From the NCBI GenBank assembly GCA_041657425.1, contig JBBABY010000003.1:1-32000 (forward strand): a stretch of 32,000 nucleotides of DNA, in the 5' to 3' direction. Below, piece by piece: positions 8,637 to 16,609 of the stretch (the stretch's first letter is position 1; each line of letters begins with the position of its first letter). This stretch comes from an archaeon (GTDB taxonomy: Archaea; Iainarchaeota; Iainarchaeia; Iainarchaeales; CSSED10-239). A program made the position numbers and the translations under genes. The notes under the pieces are model-generated. The model searched no databases and was not told where the DNA came from. It saw nothing but the letters and a program-made list of their open reading frames with translations.

Positions 8637-8867
8637 ATGACTAATAGTGAAATTGTTGGTAAAGAAGTTATTACGCGTGAGAAAGGATACCTTTATTGTA
8701 TTACAAAGGATGGAAACGTTGATCGTGTTCCCGCGAAGTCAAACAAGACCGGTTCTAGGAAGACGGTAAGCAAGGAAGCGGTTAAGAAGGAACCCGGTTA
8801 CTTGTATTTCCTCGGTAAGAGCGGTCGCATTGAGCGGGCTCCGATGAAGAACGCGGGCAAGGCTTAA
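8637..8867 (+). CDS. small basic protein with tandem GYLY-x4-K-x-G-x3-R-x-P repeat
   Basis: Track ORF of 76 aa. EKGYLYCITKDGNVDRVPAKSNKTG is repeated as EPGYLYFLGKSGRIERAPMKNAGK. AGGAGA SD. Confidence 0.65.
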   Translation: MTNSEIVGKEVITREKGYLYCITKDGNVDRVPAKSNKTGSRKTVSKEAVKKEPGYLYFLGKSGRIERAPMKNAGKA

Positions 8868-8973
8868 AATAAATATTTTTTAAATTTCTTTTTTTATAAT
8901 TATAAATATTCAGACCGTTAGGTATAAATATTTTAAACGCGTAGTATGTTATAGAAAGTTTGGAGTTGTGAAA

Positions 8974-9327
8974 ATGAACACGGAAGGGCAATATGTAATC
9001 ACAAATGTTCAAATTGAAAAGTTTGGAGACTATGTAGAAGACGACGATAACCACACCGAAGAAAAATATAAAAACGCGCGTGGTCTTGCAGGAACAATTC
9101 GTATCAATCCGATATCAGATGAAATCAAGAAAGTAAAGAATAATTTACTTGATAAAATTGATGCTTGTTTGTTAGAGTGTGCATATCTTGATGATAGAAT
9201 CAGTGGGGAGGGTGGTTGTCCCGGAACTAGAAACGGGGAATATAATTGTGATACCTGCCAATATTTCACCGTTGATGTCTCATGCTTAAAATCAACCATT
9301 GAGTCTATGAGAGATGACGCAGAATGA
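8974..9327 (+). CDS. hypothetical protein
   Basis: Track ORF. ATG 8974 with GGAG 8 nt upstream is preferred to GTG 8968. Contains the Cys cluster CPGTRNGEYNCDTC. Confidence 0.6.
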   Translation: MNTEGQYVITNVQIEKFGDYVEDDDNHTEEKYKNARGLAGTIRINPISDEIKKVKNNLLDKIDACLLECAYLDDRISGEGGCPGTRNGEYNCDTCQYFTVDVSCLKSTIESMRDDAE

Positions 9328-9524
9328 AAGACCACGAAATTATTACACTACAAACACGAAAGCGAATGTATTTAAATCATCTTCAAAAGCACAAGTTGCG
9401 CGTCGTGTTTTATGAAGACAAGTTGAAGCGCATTGATGAATTGCTTTCAGGCAAAGCAGTTCCAACACCGTGTGAAATAACTAATTTGCCGTTGGGTTAT
9501 TTCGGGGATCATGTGGATGTGTGA
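9324..9524 (+). CDS. hypothetical small protein
   Basis: Track ORF of 66 aa with an ATGA overlap upstream. Confidence 0.55.
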   Translation: MKDHEIITLQTRKRMYLNHLQKHKLRVVFYEDKLKRIDELLSGKAVPTPCEITNLPLGYFGDHVDV

Positions 9525-9527
9525 GAA

Positions 9528-9725
9528 ATGAGCACAAAGAAACGTGACATTTGCCCAGCATGTGGTTACGATCTAGTCATCGTATGTGGAGATGAAGAAT
9601 ATATCGCAAAGACAGGAAGATCGATGGTTAAAGTAAATTTTGGTTGCAACGAATGTGGATATGAATGGAGCGAATCATTGAATTTGGAACAGTATGCCCA
9701 TTTGAAATTAAAGGGGTTGCTATGA
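9528..9725 (+). CDS. small zinc-ribbon protein
   Basis: Track ORF of 65 aa with CPACG ... CNECG. Confidence 0.6.
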   Translation: MSTKKRDICPACGYDLVIVCGDEEYIAKTGRSMVKVNFGCNECGYEWSESLNLEQYAHLKLKGLL

Positions 9726-9907
9726 AACTATTCAAATACGCATACGACATTTCATATGATCAAGGTTGCGGAGTTGTGCTTGCAAAGACGAAGGAAACGG
9801 CTATTGAGATGATTAAACAAAAACCATATTATGGGGTTAAAGATTTGGAAGTCGAAGAAGTTGATATCAAAGTATCGCAGATAATTGATCATTCATGGAG
9901 TGAGTGA
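9722..9907 (+). CDS. hypothetical small protein (61 aa)
   Basis: ATG 9722 forms an ATGA overlap with the upstream stop. The track's 9665 start is an alternative-frame extension. Confidence 0.55.
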   Translation: MKLFKYAYDISYDQGCGVVLAKTKETAIEMIKQKPYYGVKDLEVEEVDIKVSQIIDHSWSE

Positions 9908-9910
9908 GAA

Positions 9911-10150
9911 ATGCAACACTACTGCCCCAACTGTTGGTTTTTCCATGAAATCGTTACTGATAATTTTGGAGGGGATCATCCACCATTGGGTCGATTGACT
10001 CCCGATATGTTAGAGAACGAAGATGGAAACGCAAAATATGGGTGTTATTGCCCATCAGCATGGGTCCACGTAATGCCTATGCGCGTTATCGATTTGCAAC
10101 TACTTCGCGCGGTTGGTTGTCAGTCTTTTATTGTGAGGGAGACATTATGA
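9911..10150 (+). CDS. hypothetical small protein with CPNCWFF motif
   Basis: Track ORF of 79 aa, tightly spaced with its neighbours. Confidence 0.55.
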   Translation: MQHYCPNCWFFHEIVTDNFGGDHPPLGRLTPDMLENEDGNAKYGCYCPSAWVHVMPMRVIDLQLLRAVGCQSFIVRETL

Positions 10151-10557
10151 AACTCCACAACTACATCCAAGTAACGAGTCGTCGTGGCCACTTCAATTTC
10201 TGTGATCCTTCACAGGAATCGGTTTCAACCCATATCGCTGTTGTGACACCCGATGGGAAGCAAAAAAGTTATATGAATCTCAATACAGATTATGAGATTT
10301 ATTATACCGATGCTATGGATCTTTTACCAGAAATAGATGCGAGTTTGAAAAGATCTTTTTCAACATCGCGCGCAGAAGAAATCGCATTCCGTGATTATCT
10401 TTCGGAGAATGGCGATGATCTGTATATTGGTAATATGCAGCAGGAAAAAATAAAATTGGAGAAGCAAAAAGAGAAAATCGACAAGAGGCTTTTAGAAATT
10501 AATAATTTCTTGTCTGGGCAAGGATGGTTTGAAAAGGGAATGTGGGTGGAGCCTTAA
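10147..10557 (+). CDS. hypothetical protein (136 aa, C-terminal coiled coil)
   Basis: ATG 10147 forms an ATGA overlap upstream. C-terminal QQEKIKLEKQKEKIDKRLLEINN. Confidence 0.6.
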   Translation: MKLHNYIQVTSRRGHFNFCDPSQESVSTHIAVVTPDGKQKSYMNLNTDYEIYYTDAMDLLPEIDASLKRSFSTSRAEEIAFRDYLSENGDDLYIGNMQQEKIKLEKQKEKIDKRLLEINNFLSGQGWFEKGMWVEP

Positions 10558-10773
10558 ATGATTCCGCTTCATTTTTGTGTTGAAATGGAATGCAAATATC
10601 TTGGAATGGCCGTAGAAACACATTCATTTTTCTCCAAAGATGTTAAGAAAAATCAACGTAGATGTTTATGTAGAGGGAAAGGAAAATCTACATTGCCACG
10701 TTATATTTCATGCGAAGAATGCCCAACTTATCAAGAAGGATTAAAATTGCTTCACTCTAAAATAGAAAAATAA
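10558..10773 (+). CDS. small Cys-rich protein
   Basis: Track ORF of 71 aa; its ATG directly follows the upstream stop. It has 7 Cys including CEEC. Last gene of the plus block, convergent with the minus operon 7 nt away. Confidence 0.5.
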   Translation: MIPLHFCVEMECKYLGMAVETHSFFSKDVKKNQRRCLCRGKGKSTLPRYISCEECPTYQEGLKLLHSKIEK

Positions 10774-10780
10774 ATTGTTT

Positions 10781-11581
10781 TCAAACCCCCAACACCTGCA
10801 TAATCGTCTTACCCTTCAACAACTCATTCTTCTTTTGTATCGCTCTCCTCAACCAATATTTCTCCGACACATTACAATAATGACAAATAGAATTTTGGTC
10901 TTTCTGCAATCTATCAGAGATCTTTCCATGTCGCGCTGCCAACTCTAGATATGTATTCTCATACAACGACCCAACCTTCTCCGTCAACCCGCGCACCATA
11001 CAACAAAAGAACACGTTGCCATTGGGCAGGAGTTGATAAGCAGGTGATTCTAGGAAGTTGCAAAGTCTACGCCCTTTTTTTAATTCGGCCCGACCGCGCG
11101 CCATATCCTCGCACTTATTGGAAATAAACCCCCACCCCATGTTCATATATTCGAGATGCTTAACATTCATTTCAATAATGGAGCGTGCTTCAAAGTAATC
11201 TTGTGTTTGTGGGATTTTGGCATTACCATAAGCGTCGGGGAGGTGAAGGACAAATTTGTCGATGGGAATATCAATTAACCTACAAGCATTAGTTGGTGTC
11301 AATCCGGTTAGTGTGCTAAATATAGAAATGGGGTGTCCTTTGTGATGTGCCCACATAATCATATCTGTTGTCTGTGGATTAAGGAATGGTTCGCATAGAC
11401 CAGAAAAGAAAATGGGTAGATTTTGTGGAACCGTTTTCATAAAGTTTTTGAACTGGTCAAGTGTCATTAAAGGATTACCTTTGTAATTTTTAATAATCGT
11501 TTCCTGTGGACAATATTTTAGGCAGTTGATTGAGCAACCGATTTTGGTTGTGATCTCGAAGTAGGAGGGTGGTAGGATCAT
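10781..11581 (-). CDS. small radical SAM-like enzyme with twitch/partial-SPASM C-terminus
   Basis: N-terminal GCSINCLKYC cluster motif (spacing CX3CX3C, read directly from the DNA). FSGLCEPFLNP is a GGEP-type SAM motif. CNFLESPAYQLLPNGNVFFC fits CX13GX4C, followed by CHYC. Confidence 0.65.
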   Translation of the reverse strand: MILPPSYFEITTKIGCSINCLKYCPQETIIKNYKGNPLMTLDQFKNFMKTVPQNLPIFFSGLCEPFLNPQTTDMIMWAHHKGHPISIFSTLTGLTPTNACRLIDIPIDKFVLHLPDAYGNAKIPQTQDYFEARSIIEMNVKHLEYMNMGWGFISNKCEDMARGRAELKKGRRLCNFLESPAYQLLPNGNVFFCCMVRGLTEKVGSLYENTYLELAARHGKISDRLQKDQNSICHYCNVSEKYWLRRAIQKKNELLKGKTIMQVLGV

Positions 11582-11730
11582 TTTATCCCCTCATTATATA
11601 TCTGTATATTTTCATACGGTTCGCCATCGTCTTTGATATCCACGACTCTCCCCTGTGTTCTATCATATTTCACCCATTTTTTAGATGATGTGTTGTAAAC
11701 TTGGAAATATATATCGTAGTTCGTTTTCAT
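11578..11730 (-). CDS. hypothetical 50-aa protein
   Basis: MKTNYDIYFQVYNTSSKKWVKYDRTQGRVVDIKDDGEPYENIQIYNEGIK. ATGA overlaps with both flanking genes. Below the track cutoff. Confidence 0.5.
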   Translation of the reverse strand: MKTNYDIYFQVYNTSSKKWVKYDRTQGRVVDIKDDGEPYENIQIYNEGIK

Positions 11731-12596
11731 CTCTTCCTCACCAAATCAAACCCCGTTACTTCTTCAACGATACAAACTCCCAAATTCTTCAAATGATACG
11801 GCAGCAAATCCCACGCACCCCTTTTAATAAGAATTTTTACAATGCCCCACGATTGATTAATATTGCCCGTTGTTGCAGTCAACCCGCTTTCGTTCCAACG
11901 ATAGTGAGATAAAACTTCTGGGAATAATCTACCTTTATATTTTCGCAAACGCAAAGACAAATCTCCATCATCAGTGTGTTTTAAAGATTCATCAAACACA
12001 TACCCATATTCAGATTTTATTTTATCTAATGTTTCTTTTTTAAATAATATTCCTCCAATTCCCCCAATCTCGTTGTGTGTACCGGGCATCTCCATAATAA
12101 TTTGTTCCTTATTATCTTTATGCATTTTTTGGCAATGCACACACCAATCCAAATCTGAATTGATATAGTTTTCCATTGCCATAACCATTCTTTCCAAGTT
12201 TTGTGGTTCCCACCAATCATCAGCATCTAGGAAAGTAACATATTTACCAGAACATTCATTAAACCCCTTATTGCGCGCGGTCGCACAATTAGATTTTTTA
12301 TCTTCCCGTATAATACGGATTTTTGGATTTGGATCATCTACATTAATGCATTTCCATATTTCATCCAATGTATTATCTGTGCATGGTGCGAGAACAATAA
12401 AACATTCCCAGTTTGTGTAAGTTTGGTTGATAACGGATTGTAGGCATTCTCCGATGTATTTTCCAGAATTATAAGCAGGAATGACAATACTTACGAGTGG
12501 AAGATTGTCATTATATTTTTTGCAATTAAATTCTCGCAACAATTCAAAATATAGTGGTGTTGGTTTTACTATTGGGTTCCAAAATACGCGGTTCAT
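11727..12596 (-). CDS. family 2 (GT-A) glycosyltransferase
   Basis: VSIVIPAYNSGKYIGECLQSVINQTYTNWECFIV and FLDADD (DXD). ATG 12596 lies 1 nt after the upstream stop. Confidence 0.85.
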   Translation of the reverse strand: MNRVFWNPIVKPTPLYFELLREFNCKKYNDNLPLVSIVIPAYNSGKYIGECLQSVINQTYTNWECFIVLAPCTDNTLDEIWKCINVDDPNPKIRIIREDKKSNCATARNKGFNECSGKYVTFLDADDWWEPQNLERMVMAMENYINSDLDWCVHCQKMHKDNKEQIIMEMPGTHNEIGGIGGILFKKETLDKIKSEYGYVFDESLKHTDDGDLSLRLRKYKGRLFPEVLSHYRWNESGLTATTGNINQSWGIVKILIKRGAWDLLPYHLKNLGVCIVEEVTGFDLVRKR

Positions 12597-12597
12597 T

Positions 12598-12972
12598 TTA
12601 ATCCTCCAATTTATCCATGAATTTATTAATAAAATATCCAATCGCTCCACCACAACCAAATCCGGTTATCATTCCATAAGAAATGATTATCATTTGACAT
12701 CCCATTATATATGCCCACATATGATAAATAGGTTGCGTTTCACTTGCAAATTCTATAATTTTTAATATTCCTAATATTCCTCCCATAAGTGATATTATTA
12801 AAAATGGAGCGATTTTTATTACATTATTCCAATTATATAAAAAGGATATATATTTTTTTGAAAACAATAATATATATATCGAGATTCCAACGAATATTCC
12901 AAATAATATTCCCATAATATGTGGAAATATTAAACATTTAACCATGGGCCAAAATTCTATAAATTCTTCCAT
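12598..12972 (-). CDS. small polytopic membrane protein (about 4 TM)
   Basis: Track ORF of 124 aa, almost entirely hydrophobic, inside the GT operon. Confidence 0.65.
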   Translation of the reverse strand: MEEFIEFWPMVKCLIFPHIMGILFGIFVGISIYILLFSKKYISFLYNWNNVIKIAPFLIISLMGGILGILKIIEFASETQPIYHMWAYIMGCQMIIISYGMITGFGCGGAIGYFINKFMDKLED

Positions 12973-12973
12973 T

Positions 12974-13306
12974 TTATTTCCTCTCCTTCAACTCTCTTAA
13001 TATAGTCACGACTTCCTTCCAATCCTTATTCAAATCCGCTGAATTTTTCATAAATAAATATTGATAATCGGATCGTATTAAAACTCTCCCTGATATTACA
13101 ACTCCGATAAATCCTATTATTGGAATAATTATATAAATAAGAATGGCAGCATTGCCATATATCCCAAATTTTTCACAAGCCAACATAGCAAATGTTTCAA
13201 ACGTCACGATTGGAAAAACATATTGATATATGTTCCACGCGGTCTGAAACTCGGTTTGTCGATCTGCAATATATTTTAAAATTGACAATGGAATTTTTAT
13301 GGTCAT
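12974..13306 (-). CDS. small membrane protein (about 110 aa)
   Basis: ATG 13306 overlaps the radical SAM stop (TGATG). The track's 13321 start is a TTG. Two or three TM helices and a charged C-terminus. Confidence 0.6.
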   Translation of the reverse strand: MTIKIPLSILKYIADRQTEFQTAWNIYQYVFPIVTFETFAMLACEKFGIYGNAAILIYIIIPIIGFIGVVISGRVLIRSDYQYLFMKNSADLNKDWKEVVTILRELKERK

Positions 13307-15783
13307 CAAATCCCCATCCAATTTTTAATCCGTCGCATTCTTTTAAATCCCAATAACTTTACAGCGAGTCTCCCCAATTGAATATATCGTGTGCCCATTT
13401 CAAATCTTCCATTACATTCGGGGTTATTACAAATTACCCCCACGCTGAATTGCGCATGTGGTCGTTTAGTTGTTTTATAAGTTTGCATCTTCCCACAATG
13501 GGGGCATTTTACAAAGATTTCATCATTGGTTATTTTTGTTGGAACAGATACGGGAATTGCTGTGTATTTTAAAGTGAACACTTCATTTTTCAACGTGTCA
13601 AAATCTTCATCTGATAAATTTGTGAGATTACATACGTTATCATAATTATAATCCGTGCTTGTCAATTTATTAATAAATTCTATTTCATCTTTTATGATTC
13701 CATTTTGTAAAGCATGTTTATAAATAGCGGTCCCGGGAAACGGAATAATAAAGCCCATAAATAAACCACCTCGTGAAAGATGTGGGTGTTCTCGAATGAA
13801 TTGTAAAGTAGTGCGTGCGGTGGAAAGTGTTTCTGCATTATCTCCAAAGATGAACCCCCCTTGCGGAACAAGATTTCTTTCTGCGATCATTCCAAGCGTG
13901 GTTTCAATCTGCGCGGGTGTTATGTGTTTTCGCATTGAATCGAGAACTTTTTGGTTGTAACTTTCGAGACCTAATCCGATAACTACATTCCCACAGGATT
14001 TCATGGCATCAAGAAGTTCTGCGTCCGCGCAATCAACGCGCAGATTGCAATACATTTCAATTCGCCACGGAATGGTTTTCTGATATTCTTTAAATTGTCG
14101 GCAGAATTCAAGTGCGCGCGCTTTATCGTATGAAAACAATTCGTCAAGAAATGTGAAGAAGTTAATGTGGTATTTTTCAACAACGTATTTGATTTCTGAC
14201 ATTATATTTTCTGCGGAACGGTAGCGGTATTTTGGGCCGGTTGTGTGGTAGCAAAATGTGCAATTATGAACAAGAACGTCGTTGGCATAGAACCAATTAT
14301 ATCCCGGCACTTCTAAACAATACGTATTATGTAACCCATCTAGTGGTTCAACGCTTTTAACTACGTGATTTACATCTGGTTGCCCGGGTATACGGGATTT
14401 TGTTGTTCTTCCACAACCACCTTTCCACATCGGATTTTTATTCCCCGTTTTGGATGCTTTATAATTCATTCTGGATTCTATAGAGCGAACTTTACCACGT
14501 TGTTCTTTTCCGCGTTGCACAAAAAATTCGTGTGGTAGATTTTTTGCGGGATTATTATCTTTCATACGTTGTGATAGTTCTGGATGGTAAGTTGGGATAT
14601 GTTTATGATTGTCGGTAAGTGTTAAATTTTTTTCAACATTATTTATTTGATTATGATCATTGTGATGAACCCTTTCGTATTGTGAGAGTTTCCTTCCAAT
14701 CATAGATTCCATTATTAAAGTGTGCTGATATCGATGCTTTTTCCTTCCCCATATTATAATCGTGTAACCAGTGGTGCTCAATTTATAATGAACAGCACGA
14801 ACACTATCACCGGGTCTCAAAAATTGTGCTTCCGTTTCATACTCTCTCAACGGGACATATTGGTTTGAGTTTAAAAATTTTACAAATTTGTGATCTGGTG
14901 TACAGTCAATATATCCCCCCTCTTTAAATGAAACTCTAACGAGATTTTTATTTTCTCCGGTTTTAGCAACTATTGAGGACTGTGCATATAATACATCTTT
15001 TGTAATTGGATCTCGTGTAAGAACTTTTGGGGTCTGCCCAACGAGATCTTTTATTTTAATGTTGCCATTTGTGGTTGCAATTAAAGTGTCTCCTGATAAA
15101 CAATTTGCCGAACAACCGCGCGCTGAAACCAACATATACGGGCGCGGTGGATAATCTCGTGGATATTGATTCCAACCGCCAAGTTCTTGGTGTTTCAAGT
15201 ATTCGGAATAACCGAATAGTTCAAGATCGGGAAACGGGAGTGCATCTAGGTTTTTGATTTGGGGGCGTGGTTGTGTTTTAGTAAACGTTGGAATAGGCCA
15301 TGTTGTTGAATAAATAATACCTTTAACATTTTCCACAGATTGCCCCTTCTCAATAGTTTGTATCAACTCTAATGCTGTTTCTTCACCCTCAAAAATAATC
15401 CCGTAATGTGGATTAATAAGTTTCATCATTAGTTCGGGGTTAGACGAAATGATACCTCCACCACAGACGGTTATTGTATTGGGAGATGCTTCGTGTACAT
15501 ATTTTATTATATCGCGCACAGCGGGATACATTATGGAAATTGTGCCGGTGAATACGAAATCATAGTGAGTGTCAGTAATAGTTTTTTGTACAATGTTTTT
15601 AACCAATCCGGGTGTGTGATTAAGGTTTAATGCCGAGACATCACATCCATTGTGTTTGAGATAAGAAGCGATGTAGGGCATTCCCACGGGCATTAAGTAA
15701 TCATAGTCAATACCGGTTTCGTTTTCATTGTAGACAGTTCCGAAACCTTTATTAAATCTAGGTAAGATAAAAAGGATTTTCAT
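13306..15783 (-). CDS. class B (B12-binding domain) radical SAM enzyme, interrupted by an intein
   Basis: N-terminal B12-binding-type Rossmann region (KILFILP ... ITVCGGGIISSNPE). After intein removal the cluster motif is CSANCTFC. Also FLDELF, GLESYNQKVLDSMRK, and a C-terminal Zn ribbon CPHCG...CNNPEC. ATG 15783 forms an ATGA overlap upstream. Confidence 0.9.
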   Translation of the reverse strand: MKILFILPRFNKGFGTVYNENETGIDYDYLMPVGMPYIASYLKHNGCDVSALNLNHTPGLVKNIVQKTITDTHYDFVFTGTISIMYPAVRDIIKYVHEASPNTITVCGGGIISSNPELMMKLINPHYGIIFEGEETALELIQTIEKGQSVENVKGIIYSTTWPIPTFTKTQPRPQIKNLDALPFPDLELFGYSEYLKHQELGGWNQYPRDYPPRPYMLVSARGCSANCLSGDTLIATTNGNIKIKDLVGQTPKVLTRDPITKDVLYAQSSIVAKTGENKNLVRVSFKEGGYIDCTPDHKFVKFLNSNQYVPLREYETEAQFLRPGDSVRAVHYKLSTTGYTIIIWGRKKHRYQHTLIMESMIGRKLSQYERVHHNDHNQINNVEKNLTLTDNHKHIPTYHPELSQRMKDNNPAKNLPHEFFVQRGKEQRGKVRSIESRMNYKASKTGNKNPMWKGGCGRTTKSRIPGQPDVNHVVKSVEPLDGLHNTYCLEVPGYNWFYANDVLVHNCTFCYHTTGPKYRYRSAENIMSEIKYVVEKYHINFFTFLDELFSYDKARALEFCRQFKEYQKTIPWRIEMYCNLRVDCADAELLDAMKSCGNVVIGLGLESYNQKVLDSMRKHITPAQIETTLGMIAERNLVPQGGFIFGDNAETLSTARTTLQFIREHPHLSRGGLFMGFIIPFPGTAIYKHALQNGIIKDEIEFINKLTSTDYNYDNVCNLTNLSDEDFDTLKNEVFTLKYTAIPVSVPTKITNDEIFVKCPHCGKMQTYKTTKRPHAQFSVGVICNNPECNGRFEMGTRYIQLGRLAVKLLGFKRMRRIKNWMGI
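14263..15102 (-). mobile_element. intein (280 aa) with HNH homing-endonuclease domain
   Basis: Starts CLSGDTLI (Cys1). Block B is IDCTPDH. HNH motif HHNDHNQINNVEKNL...NHKH. Ends FYANDVLVHN and is followed by a +1 Cys. Excision restores CX3CX2C in frame. Confidence 0.85.
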
Positions 15784-15968
15784 ATTCCAAACCACCATCC
15801 CGGTCTATCACATGCAAATGTGGAATAGAGTGGATCAGAAAGTGTTGCATTTACACATTTTTGAAATTCACCCACTTGTGTTAAATGAATAACTGTGCCA
15901 TGTATAAATATTGCCAATATTATTACTATAACACTTAAAAATATTGTTAATTTATAACCATCTTTCAT
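15780..15968 (-). CDS. small single-TM protein
   Basis: Track ORF of 62 aa with LTIFLSVIVIILAIFI. ATGA overlaps on both sides. Confidence 0.55.
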   Translation of the reverse strand: MKDGYKLTIFLSVIVIILAIFIHGTVIHLTQVGEFQKCVNATLSDPLYSTFACDRPGWWFGI

Positions 15969-16609
15969 TCTTTCTCCTCCTTACATTCAATCAACTTAAT
16001 ATCCGGTTTTTCTTTTTCAATTTGTTGCAATGATTGTTGAGCATATAACATTGAATTTTTGTTGGCACAAATATCATCCAATCGTGGGGGAATATCAACA
16101 CCATACTTTCTGAAATCCAGAGAATAAAACTTTTCATATGCCCCACGTGCTTCTTCAAACGTTCCAGCCATTACGAGAGCGCGGATTGATGATTCACATA
16201 CATCACGCAACATTTTTGCCGGCACTTCGAGGTCAATATTTGCTTTGATGTATTCTACAATTTCATATTCAAATTGTGATGTAATCGGAATTCCATAAAA
16301 GTTCGCACCTTCGCATCGTCCATATTCATTTGATTTTCCACCGAGTTCAACCACTTGTTCTACTCTCAATTTTTCACTATTTAAAATATCTTCTATCTCG
16401 TGCATTCTTTGTTTAATTTCTTTTTGTTTCCGTTCCAGTTGTTCTTTTTCGAGTATGAGAGTATCCCATCCTTTTCGTTTAAGCACATTACTACGAGCAA
16501 TTCCCCAGAAATCTTTTATCTGACTGATAAAGCGTTGATTGATTGCTTTCAAATCCTGCGTTAGTATTTTTTCAAATCCTTCGCGCTCCCGTTCGGTTAG
16601 TTTTGGCAT
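15965..16609 (-). CDS. hypothetical protein with coiled-coil segment
   Basis: Track ORF of 214 aa with LEKEQLERKQKEIKQRMHEIEDIL. It is embedded in the GT operon and overlaps the upstream GT by 13 nt. Confidence 0.65.
   Translation of the reverse strand: MPKLTEREREGFEKILTQDLKAINQRFISQIKDFWGIARSNVLKRKGWDTLILEKEQLERKQKEIKQRMHEIEDILNSEKLRVEQVVELGGKSNEYGRCEGANFYGIPITSQFEYEIVEYIKANIDLEVPAKMLRDVCESSIRALVMAGTFEEARGAYEKFYSLDFRKYGVDIPPRLDDICANKNSMLYAQQSLQQIEKEKPDIKLIECKEEKE

Noticed and set aside
12598-13306. Calling the two small membrane proteins GtrA-like flippases, which would make the locus a gtrABC-type seroconversion module.
   Set aside because: Size and TM count are compatible, but I could not see family-specific motifs. 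The adjacent GT2 lacks the C-terminal TM helices typical of GtrB. This is left as an unassigned membrane protein.
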